Positions 17,522-24,000 of a stretch of DNA of 24,000 nt are shown one piece after another (position 1 is the stretch's first letter; every line of letters begins with the position of its first letter). The notes beneath the pieces were generated by a model that was not told the origin of the DNA, did no database searches, and saw only the letters and a program-made list of their open reading frames with translations. Location: assembly GCF_036311985.1 (NCBI RefSeq), contig NZ_JAZDCJ010000028.1. One strand, written 5' to 3'. This DNA is from Zafaria sp. J156. GTDB lineage: Bacteria; Actinomycetota; Actinomycetes; Actinomycetales; Micrococcaceae. The position numbers and the translations under genes are program-made.

Positions 17522-17535
17522 TTCGTGCTCCGTGG

Positions 17536-18402
17536 TCAGGCGCCGAAGACGCGCGCGGGGACGGTCTGCCATCCCACCCACGTCAGGACCGTCAGCAGGA
17601 CCGCGACGGCAGCGATGCCGGCCCATTGAACAGTGGCACGGTGCTTCCCCCGCGGCGCGTACGCCATGATCGCGGCGAGCGCCGCCCCGGTCGCCAGTCC
17701 GCCGACGTGGGCCTGCCACGAGACGTTGAGCCCCGGAATGAAGCCGATCACCAGGTTGATGCCGATGATCACGAGGATCGGCGTGAAGTTCCCCCCACGC
17801 GCCCGCATCACCACCAGCAGCGCGCCGAAGAGGCCGAAGACCGCACCGGAGGCGCCCACGACGCCGATCCTCGGGTCTTCGAGCATCAGCACGGCGACGG
17901 AACCGCCGAAGCCGGACAGGAGGTACAGCGCGAGGAAGCGGATCCGGCCCAGCATCGGCTCGAGCGCCTGGCCGATCACGAAGAGCGCGTACATGTTGAA
18001 CGCGATGTGCATCAGGAAGCTCGTCGAGTGCAGGAACGTGGCGGTCAGCATCCTCCACGGCTCGCTGCCGGTGTAGACCCCCGCGTAGAGCAGGCGGTCG
18101 GAGAGCGTGGGCAGCAGGAACTGTCCCAGGAACACCACCGCGCACAGGACCATGAGCGTGTAGGTCACCACGGGCCTGCCGTCCCGGGCGCGGCCGCCGA
18201 GGGCGGTGCGCTGGGTCGGCATCCGCTTCCGCGCCTCGTCGACGCAGTCTGCGCACTGCACGCCGACGGCCGCAGGACGCTGGCATTCGGGGCAGGCGGG
18301 GCGCCCGCAGCGCTGGCAGCGGACGTAGGAGGGGCGGTCCGGGTGTCGGGGGCAGACGGGGACCTGGCCCGCTGGCTGCTGCTCGGGAAGGCCGTAGGCC
18401 AT
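17536..18402 (-). CDS. Rhomboid family intramembrane serine protease with N-terminal zinc-binding (B-box-like) Cys motif
   Basis: CPRHPDRPSYVRCQRCGRPACPECQRPAAVGVQCADC; YTGSEPWRMLTATFLHSTSFLMHIAFNMYAL; GVVGASGAVFGLFGA catalytic Ser; SWQAHVGGLATGAAL catalytic His. Confidence 0.94.
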   Translation of the reverse strand: MAYGLPEQQPAGQVPVCPRHPDRPSYVRCQRCGRPACPECQRPAAVGVQCADCVDEARKRMPTQRTALGGRARDGRPVVTYTLMVLCAVVFLGQFLLPTLSDRLLYAGVYTGSEPWRMLTATFLHSTSFLMHIAFNMYALFVIGQALEPMLGRIRFLALYLLSGFGGSVAVLMLEDPRIGVVGASGAVFGLFGALLVVMRARGGNFTPILVIIGINLVIGFIPGLNVSWQAHVGGLATGAALAAIMAYAPRGKHRATVQWAGIAAVAVLLTVLTWVGWQTVPARVFGA

Positions 18403-18443
18403 GGGATCTCCTGCAGTGGAATCGTCGGTGGTTAAACGGAAGG

Positions 18444-18481
18444 GGTCCTGCCGCAGGTTCCATGGTCCCTGCGGCAGAACC
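18444..18481. terminator. Long hairpin (14-bp stem, one mismatch) between ppiase and rhomboid genes
   Basis: ggtcctgccgcagg-ttccatggtc-cctgcggcagaacc. Confidence 0.5.
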
Positions 18482-18490
18482 CGCCGTGTT

Positions 18491-18508
18491 GCGCGGCCCT
18501 GGCCGCGC
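18491..18508 (-). terminator. Short GC hairpin immediately after the peptidylprolyl isomerase stop
   Basis: gcgcggcc-ct-ggccgcgc, 5 nt beyond the stop codon. Confidence 0.45.
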
Positions 18509-18513
18509 CGTGA

Positions 18514-19059
18514 CTAGGCCTCGTCGATGTCGATCGAGGTGACGACGACGTCCTCGAGCGGCTTGTCGCGGCCGTCGGTCGGGACGGAATTCAGCTCGGC
18601 GACCAGCTTGCGCGAGGCCTCGTCGGTCACGTCGCCGAAGATCGTGTGCTTGCCCTGCAGCCACGTCGTCGGAACGGTCGTGATGAAGAACTGCGAGCCG
18701 TTGGTCCCGCGGCCCATCTGGATGCCGGCGTTGGCCATGGCCAGCTTGTACGGCTGGGTGAAGTCGAGGTCCGGGTTGATCTCGTCGTCGAAGCGGTAGC
18801 CCGGGCCGCCGACGCCCTGGCCCAGCGGGTCCCCGCCCTGGATCATGAAGTCGCTGATGATGCGGTGGAAGATCGTCCCGTTGTAGAGCGGGGTCCCGGT
18901 CTTCTCCTCGCCCGTCTCCGGGTGCACCCATTGCTGCTCGCCGGTGGAGAGGCCGATGAAGTTCTTGACCGTCTTCGGGGCGTGGTTGCCGAAGAGATTG
19001 ACCAGGATGTCGCCCCGGTTCGTGTGAATGGTGGCCTTGTGCGTGGGGATTGCAGTCAT
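18514..19059 (-). CDS. ppiA: Cyclophilin-type peptidylprolyl cis-trans isomerase
   Basis: NRGDILVNLFGNHAPKTVKNFIGLSTG...YNGTIFHRIISDFMIQGGDPLGQGVGGPGYRF...LAMANAGIQMGRGTNGSQFFIT. Confidence 0.94.
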   Translation of the reverse strand: MTAIPTHKATIHTNRGDILVNLFGNHAPKTVKNFIGLSTGEQQWVHPETGEEKTGTPLYNGTIFHRIISDFMIQGGDPLGQGVGGPGYRFDDEINPDLDFTQPYKLAMANAGIQMGRGTNGSQFFITTVPTTWLQGKHTIFGDVTDEASRKLVAELNSVPTDGRDKPLEDVVVTSIDIDEA

Positions 19060-19220
19060 GCGCCCCATTCTTCCACGACGCCCCCGCCCGCCTTGCTGAT
19101 CCGCTACGCGGACAGTGAACAACCGGGGAGCCCGGGCCGCATATGCCCCGGACGGAATAGCACGCCCGGGGGCCACGGCGTAGGCTAGGCCACGATGCTC
19201 CAACAAATCGGGAGGAACGT

Positions 19221-20171
19221 GTGAAGAAGACAGAACGCATTGCCCGCGACCTGGGAGAGACGGTCGGCAACGGAGTCGGCGAGGCCCGCGACTGGGCCGC
19301 ACCCCGCGTGGAGGCAGCCGTCCAGTGGGCCGTTCCCCGTCTGGAGAAGGGGATCGAGACCGCTTCGCCGAAGATCCAGGAGGGCCTGCACCGGGCCGCC
19401 ACGGAGATCGCCGACGGCGTCGCCCGCGTGACCCCGAAGATCCAGGAAGGCCTGGACAAGGTCGCTCCGAAGATCTCGCAGGTTGTCGACCAGGCATCGC
19501 CCAAGCTCCAGGAGACGCTCGACAAGGCGACGCCGGCCCTGCAGCATGCCCGCGACGTCGTGGTGAAGGACTACATCCCGGCCGCCAGCGCGAAGCTCGG
19601 CGAGGCCGCGGACTTCACCGCCCACAAGCTCGACTCCGCGCGCTTCCCGCTGCCGGTCCACCAGGCCGTCGCGAGCGTGACCGGTGACAAGAAGGCCCTC
19701 AAGCGCGCCCAGACGGCCGCCGCCGAGGCCGCCAAGCAGGCCTCGAAGCAGCTCAAGAAGGAGCAGGCCCGCAAGGGACGCAAGCGCGGACTGCTGATCT
19801 TCGGGATCATCGCGGCCGCTGCTGCGGCGGGCGTCGCCGCGTGGCGCGCCTCGAAGCCGGTCGAGGATCCGTGGAAGGCGCCGGCCCCGGTCGAGCCCGC
19901 CCCGGTCCCGTCCTCCTCGGCGGCCCCGACCTCCGCCACGGCCGATGTCCCCGCGGCGGATGCCGCCGCTGCCTCGGCGCCCGAGGCCCCGGAGACGGAG
20001 TCCACGGTCGAGGAGGTGCGCGCCCACCTTGAGGAGGCCGCCGCTCCGGAGGACGCCGGCGACGTCGACGCCGAGCTCGCGGCCGACGCTGCCGGGGAGG
20101 CCGAGGATGCCGCCCCGAAGCCCGGTCCCCGCGGCGGGCGCCGGGCCTCTTCGGAGGACACCGCCACGTAG
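19221..20171 (+). CDS. Hypothetical membrane protein with amphipathic helical repeats, one TM segment and a low-complexity acidic C-terminus
   Basis: GTG start with ggagg upstream. Repeats (ASPKIQEGLHRAATE / VTPKIQEGLDKVAP / ASPKLQETLDKATP), TM segment GLLIFGIIAAAAAAGVAAWRASKPVEDPWKAP, Pro/Ala/Glu-rich tail. Confidence 0.75.
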   Translation: MKKTERIARDLGETVGNGVGEARDWAAPRVEAAVQWAVPRLEKGIETASPKIQEGLHRAATEIADGVARVTPKIQEGLDKVAPKISQVVDQASPKLQETLDKATPALQHARDVVVKDYIPAASAKLGEAADFTAHKLDSARFPLPVHQAVASVTGDKKALKRAQTAAAEAAKQASKQLKKEQARKGRKRGLLIFGIIAAAAAAGVAAWRASKPVEDPWKAPAPVEPAPVPSSSAAPTSATADVPAADAAAASAPEAPETESTVEEVRAHLEEAAAPEDAGDVDAELAADAAGEAEDAAPKPGPRGGRRASSEDTAT

Positions 20172-20200
20172 CACCCCGGAGGCCGCCAAGCGGTGGTCCG

Positions 20201-20236
20201 GGAAGGGGAGGCCTGTTGGCGCGGGCCTCCCCTTCC
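20201..20236 (+). terminator. Strong 13-bp perfect hairpin after the 19221-20171 gene
   Basis: ggaaggggaggcc-tgttggcgcg-ggcctccccttcc. Confidence 0.7.
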
Positions 20237-20265
20237 GTGCGTCCGGGCGCTGGTAGATTGGCGCT

Positions 20266-21132
20266 GTGATTGAGGACCAACCCTTCGGCGGATCCGGGCC
20301 CTACAGGCCCGCCGTCTCGATCGTCATCCCCGCCTACAACGAGGAGAGCGTGATCAGGCAGTGCCTGGTCGCCGCGATCTACCAGACCGTACCCGCGCAC
20401 GAGGTGATCGTGGTGGACAACATGTCCACGGACGCCACGGCGGCCATCGTGACGCAGATGCAGGCGGAGTACCCGGAGGCCCCGATCCGGCTCGTCTCCC
20501 AGGACCGTGAGCAGGGGCTGATCCCGACCCGCAACTTCGGCCTCGCCCAGGCGAGCGGCGAGGTCCTGGGCCGCATCGACGCGGATTCCGTCCTCGAACC
20601 GGATTGGGTGGAACAGGTCTCCTCCGCCTTTATGGACCCGGAGGTCATGGCGGCCACGGGACCGGTCGTCTACTACGACATGCCCATGCGCCGCTGGGGC
20701 CTGAAGGCGGACGACAAGATGCGCCAGCTGGTCCTCAAGGTCGCCTACAAGCAGTACCACTTCCTCTTCGGTTCCAACATGGCGCTGCGGGCCTCCGCTT
20801 GGGCCGAGATCGCGGGCGAGGTCTGCCGCGACGAGGCGGACGAGTTCCACGAGGACATCGACATCTCGCTGCACCTGGCGGACCACGACCTGCTGATCCG
20901 CTACGTCCCGGCCATGGTCTCGGGGATGTCGGCACGCCGTCTCGAGGACTCGCCGAAGGACTACCGGTACTACGTCACGCGGTTCGACCGCACGTACAAG
21001 GCCCACCAGATCAACAAGCAGGTCCTGAAGATCCCGATGCTGATCTTCATGTCGATCTACTACCCGGCGAAGATGCTGCGCTACCTCCACACGGCGCGCA
21101 GTTCGCAGCCGGTGCGCCGCGGCGGCATCTGA
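20266..21132 (+). CDS. Family 2 glycosyltransferase
   Basis: VSIVIPAYNEESVIRQCLVAAIYQTVPAHEVIVVDNMSTDAT...PTRNFGLAQASGEVLGRIDADSVLEPDWVEQ; GT-A fold with DAD motif. GTG start at 20266. Confidence 0.9.
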   Translation: MIEDQPFGGSGPYRPAVSIVIPAYNEESVIRQCLVAAIYQTVPAHEVIVVDNMSTDATAAIVTQMQAEYPEAPIRLVSQDREQGLIPTRNFGLAQASGEVLGRIDADSVLEPDWVEQVSSAFMDPEVMAATGPVVYYDMPMRRWGLKADDKMRQLVLKVAYKQYHFLFGSNMALRASAWAEIAGEVCRDEADEFHEDIDISLHLADHDLLIRYVPAMVSGMSARRLEDSPKDYRYYVTRFDRTYKAHQINKQVLKIPMLIFMSIYYPAKMLRYLHTARSSQPVRRGGI

Positions 21133-21151
21133 GCCGAGCGGCAGCGTGACG

Positions 21152-22096
21152 TCAGTCGGCGCCGAGCCCGGGTTCGGCGAGGACGACGCCGGGGCCACGG
21201 CGCCGCTGTCCCCGCACGACGGCCACGAGGCCCGCGAGGATGAGCACGAGCCCGCCGTAGGTTCCCGCGGGCAGCCGCTCGCCCAGGAAGCCGGCGGCCA
21301 GGAGCGCCGCGGCGGGGATCTCGAGCAGGATGATCGTGGACACGGTGAGCGGACCGAGGGCGTTGAGCAGGTGGTTGAAGACGCTGTGGCCGAGGAGCTG
21401 GGCGCAGACGGTGAGCGCGATGATCCCGAGCCAGCCCTCGGGCGGGAAGCCCCACAGCGGTTCGTCGAAGACGAGGCACAGGGCCAGGAGGATCAGGGCC
21501 GTGAGGACGTAGCAGAGTCCGGTGTACGCGCCGGTCGACATCGTCTCGCGGGCCTTGGACCCCGCGAGCGTGTAGGCGCCAGCGAGCGCCCCGCCGACGA
21601 GGGCGAGGAGGTCTCCCCGCAGGGCCTCGGCCGAGCCGCCGAGGTCGAATCCGGTGATGACGACGACGCCGATGAAGGCCACCCCGATGCCGATGCCCAC
21701 GAGCGGCGGGAAGCGCACGCCGCGCAGCACCTGGAACAGGGCGATCCAGGCGGACTGGAGGCAGACGAGTGCGGTGGCGGCGGCGACGGACGTCATGCGG
21801 ATCGACGTCGTGAAGCAGACGAAGTGCAGGGCCAGCGCGAGGGCGGCCGCCGCGCTCCAGCCCCATTCACGCCGCCCCGCCCTGAGCAGGGAGGCGGGAC
21901 GGCGGACCAGGACGGGTGCGGCCATGACGACGCCGCCGATCGCGTTGCGCCAGAAGGCCATGGCCATCGGGGGCACGCTGGGTGTCGCGGCGATGAGCGG
22001 GCCGGACGCCCCGACGCCGAGGACGCCGATGGCCGCCAGGAGGAAGATCACCCCACCACTGTGCCACCGCCGCCGGGCGGCTGCGTCGTCGGACAC
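21152..22096 (-). CDS. EamA/DMT family transporter
   Basis: About ten hydrophobic segments, two EamA halves (e.g. MAMAFWRNAIGGVVMAAPVL; LLGHSVFNHLLNALGPLTVSTIILLEIPAAALLAAGFLGERL). Start at 22096 or 22051; uncertain. Confidence 0.85.
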   Translation of the reverse strand: MSDDAAARRRWHSGGVIFLLAAIGVLGVGASGPLIAATPSVPPMAMAFWRNAIGGVVMAAPVLVRRPASLLRAGRREWGWSAAAALALALHFVCFTTSIRMTSVAAATALVCLQSAWIALFQVLRGVRFPPLVGIGIGVAFIGVVVITGFDLGGSAEALRGDLLALVGGALAGAYTLAGSKARETMSTGAYTGLCYVLTALILLALCLVFDEPLWGFPPEGWLGIIALTVCAQLLGHSVFNHLLNALGPLTVSTIILLEIPAAALLAAGFLGERLPAGTYGGLVLILAGLVAVVRGQRRRGPGVVLAEPGLGAD

Positions 22097-22221
22097 GATC
22101 CGTGACGCTTCTTCCCGCTTCCCGGTGCTCCCGTGCTCCGGAACCCGGCGAGTCGCATCGACCCGCCATGCCACGCTCGGGAGAAATGGGCAGTTGTCCT
22201 CGCGGATTCGATCGGGATGCG

Positions 22222-22255
22222 CGAAGGGCCCCGGGCTGCTGCCCGGGGCCCTTCG
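22222..22255 (-). terminator. Terminator hairpin downstream of tRNA-Ala (15-bp perfect stem)
   Basis: cgaagggccccgggc-tgct-gcccggggcccttcg. Confidence 0.75.
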
Positions 22256-22262
22256 TCGTCGG

Positions 22263-22335
22263 TGGAGGCAAGGGGACTCGAACCCCTAACCCCCTGCTTG
22301 CAAAGCAGGTGCGCTACCAATTGCGCCATGCCCCC
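22263..22335 (-). tRNA. tRNA-Ala (anticodon TGC)
   Basis: Minus strand GGGGGCATGGCGCAATTGGTAGCGCACCTGCTTTGCAAGCAGGGGGTTAGGGGTTCGAGTCCCCTTGCCTCCA. Cloverleaf with anticodon loop TTTGCAA; TTCGAGT T-loop. Confidence 0.96.
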
Positions 22336-22343
22336 GTACGGGG

Positions 22344-22460
22344 CTAGTCCACCGAATCGGTCGACCGGCTCCAGGTGGACTTCTCCACCTCGGCATCCTT
22401 CCACTTATTGTAGGTAGCGATGCCCACGAGCGCGGCCGCGAGGAACAGCAGTCGTTTCAT
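22344..22460 (-). CDS. DLW-39-family-like small protein (38 aa), absent from the supplied ORF track
   Basis: MKRLLFLAAALVGIATYNKWKDAEVEKSTWSRSTDSVD*, with gggaggatccccatg start context; located between tRNA-Ile and tRNA-Ala. Confidence 0.82.
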   Translation of the reverse strand: MKRLLFLAAALVGIATYNKWKDAEVEKSTWSRSTDSVD

Positions 22461-22493
22461 GGGGATCCTCCCGGACCGTCAGTGGGGATTCCG

Positions 22494-22567
22494 TGGGCGT
22501 ACCAGGACTTGAACCTGGGACCTCTTCGTTATCAGCGAAGCGCTCTAACCGCCTGAGCTATACGCCC
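22494..22567 (-). tRNA. tRNA-Ile (anticodon GAT)
   Basis: Minus strand GGGCGTATAGCTCAGGCGGTTAGAGCGCTTCGCTGATAACGAAGAGGTCCCAGGTTCAAGTCCTGGTACGCCCA. Complete cloverleaf with anticodon loop CTGATAA. Confidence 0.97.
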
Positions 22568-22624
22568 TCACCGTCCCATCAGGACGAGATATGACTTTAC
22601 CCGACGATTCCGCGGGAAAACAAA

Positions 22625-22654
22625 TCGGCCGCCCCCCGTGCGGGGAGCGGCCGA
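22625..22654 (-). terminator. Rho-independent terminator after the DUF3566 gene
   Basis: Minus strand TCGGCCGCTCCCCGCACGGGGGGCGGCCGA followed by the T-rich tail TTTGTTTT. Confidence 0.85.
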
Positions 22655-22667
22655 GGCGTTCCGCGGT

Positions 22668-23246
22668 TCAGTCGTCGGTCAGCGTGATGCCGATGCCGCC
22701 GACGAGCGTCGAGGAGATGTTGTAGAGCACGGCCGAGAGCATCGACAGCGCCGTGAGCAGGACGACGTTCACGACCGCGATGATCGTCGCGAAGGAGGCC
22801 ACCTGTCCGAGCGAGGCGAGCTCCTGGAGGTTGAAGCTGCTCTCGGTCCCGGCGACCTCGCGCAGCAGGTCGTTGACCCGGTCGAAGATGCCCGTGAGGT
22901 CCAGGACGGTCCAGAGCACGACGGCGGCGACGACGGTCACGATGCCGAGGGCCACGGAGAGCAGGAAGGACATCTTCAGCACGGACCAGGGATCGATCTT
23001 GCTGACGAGCAGGCGGGCCTTGCGGACCTTGGCCTTGGGCGCCGGGCGCACGAGCTGCTGGGGGCGCTGGGCCGGGCGCTGCCCCGCCGGACGCGGCTGT
23101 CCGGGGCGCTGCTGGGTTCCGGCGGGACGCTGTCCCTGCGCCGCCGGGCGCTGGCCGGACGGGGCCTGCCGCGGTGCGGCCGGACGGCCACCCGGCTGGG
23201 AGGCCGGGCGCTGCGCTCCCGGGCGCGGGGTGTTGGGGGTGCTCAC
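22668..23246 (-). CDS. DUF3566 domain membrane protein
   Basis: Pro/Gln/Arg-rich N-terminus, then [57 protein letters not shown]...[10 protein letters not shown]. Start overlaps the gyrA stop (GTGA). Confidence 0.92.
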   Translation of the reverse strand: MSTPNTPRPGAQRPASQPGGRPAAPRQAPSGQRPAAQGQRPAGTQQRPGQPRPAGQRPAQRPQQLVRPAPKAKVRKARLLVSKIDPWSVLKMSFLLSVALGIVTVVAAVVLWTVLDLTGIFDRVNDLLREVAGTESSFNLQELASLGQVASFATIIAVVNVVLLTALSMLSAVLYNISSTLVGGIGITLTDD

Positions 23247-24000
23247 GCATTACCTCCGTCATTCTCGGTGCCTTCGGTGCCGTGGCCGGCGTCGTCCGCG
23301 GCCTCCGCTGGGGATCCCGCGGTACCTGCCGGGGCTTCCTGCGACGGACCGCTGCCGACGGCGTCCCGGGCTTGATCTGCATCCAACGGTACTGCATCGT
23401 CCTCGGGCTCGGCCGCCAGGCCGCGTTCGGTGTTCCTCGCCACGGCGATGATCCGGTCCTTCTTGTCCGGCTTCGCGAAGATCACGCCCATGGTGTCGCG
23501 GCCCTTCGCCGGCACCTGGGTCACGGCGGAGCGGACCACCTTTCCGCCCTCCATGACGACGAGGACCTCGTCCTCCTCCTGCACGATCAGCGCGCCGACG
23601 AGGTGCCCCCGGTCCTCGGCGAACTTGCCGACCTTGATGCCGAGGCCGCCGCGTCCCTGCACGCGGTACTCCTCCACGGAGCTGCGCTTCGCATAGCCGC
23701 CGTCGGTGACGATGAAGGAGTAGGAGCCCTCGGTCACGACGTCGGCGCTGAGCAGTTCGTCGTCTCCGCGGAACTTCATGCCCGTCACGCCGCTCGTCGC
23801 GCGGCCCATCGGGCGCAGCGCCTCGTCGGTCGCGGTGAAGCGGACCGACTGGCCGTTGCGGGAGACCAGCATGAGGTCGTCCGTCTCGGAAACGAGCTGC
23901 GCCGAGACGAGCTCGTCGCCCTCGCGCAGGTTGATCGCGATGACACCGGCCGAGCGGTTGGTGTCGTAGTCCGCGAGCCGGGTCTTCTTGACGAGGCCGT
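23243..24000 (-). CDS. gyrA: DNA gyrase subunit A, C-terminal part (runs past the window edge)
   Basis: [52 protein letters not shown]...[20 protein letters not shown]...; beta-propeller repeats of GyrA. Confidence 0.96.
   Translation of the reverse strand, partial: GLVKKTRLADYDTNRSAGVIAINLREGDELVSAQLVSETDDLMLVSRNGQSVRFTATDEALRPMGRATSGVTGMKFRGDDELLSADVVTEGSYSFIVTDGGYAKRSSVEEYRVQGRGGLGIKVGKFAEDRGHLVGALIVQEEDEVLVVMEGGKVVRSAVTQVPAKGRDTMGVIFAKPDKKDRIIAVARNTERGLAAEPEDDAVPLDADQARDAVGSGPSQEAPAGTAGSPAEAADDAGHGTEGTENDGGNA

Noticed and set aside
17235-17669. 144-aa plus-strand ORF inside the DnaA-box cluster
   Set aside because: It runs into the antisense of the rhomboid gene, has no RBS or domain, and overlaps the repeat modules. 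The interval is better treated as non-coding.
17438-19525. 695-aa minus-strand ORF spanning rhomboid and isomerase genes
   Set aside because: Out-of-frame readthrough of two clear genes. No coherent domain across it.
19185-20189. 334-aa minus-strand ORF antisense to the repeat membrane protein
   Set aside because: Its Leu/Arg/Gly repeats mirror the codon repeats of the + strand gene. The + strand has a good RBS and a coherent TM segment.
21146-22105. 319-aa plus-strand ORF antisense to the EamA transporter
   Set aside because: Hydrophilic EDG-rich shadow of a hydrophobic membrane protein, with no motifs.

Overview
This 24 kb window comes from a high-GC actinobacterial chromosome, probably Micrococcales and near the origin. 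It is mostly conserved core genome. The left part (1-9076, + strand) is the cell-division and Ser/Thr-signalling cluster: fhaA (3' end), fhaB, pstP, a ftsW/rodA-family gene, pbpA, and two PASTA-bearing kinases. After it come a TrpG/PabA-type amidotransferase, a 56-aa membrane protein, a class E sortase and crgA. An accessory block (about 11.2-17.0 kb) holds an SMR/Gdx transporter preceded by what looks like a guanidine-III (ykkC-III) riboswitch, a DUF3817-like protein, a DinB-like protein, an NAD(P)-binding protein, a divergent lysG/lysE pair, a SRPBCC protein and a two-domain GNAT protein. The right part has a rhomboid protease, a cyclophilin, a repeat-rich membrane protein, a GT2 glycosyltransferase, an EamA transporter, tRNA-Ala(TGC), a 38-aa DLW-39-like protein missing from the ORF track, tRNA-Ile(GAT), a DUF3566 protein and the 3' end of gyrA. 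I found no clear new defence or mobile system. The most interesting unexplained structure is the non-coding interval 16956-17535. It holds three exact TTATCCACA DnaA boxes plus degenerate ones, arranged in an A-B-A'-B' duplicated architecture, in a place where the canonical oriC is not expected. Other notable items are the riboswitch and a GTGCT pentanucleotide repeat at the 5' end of the SRPBCC gene.
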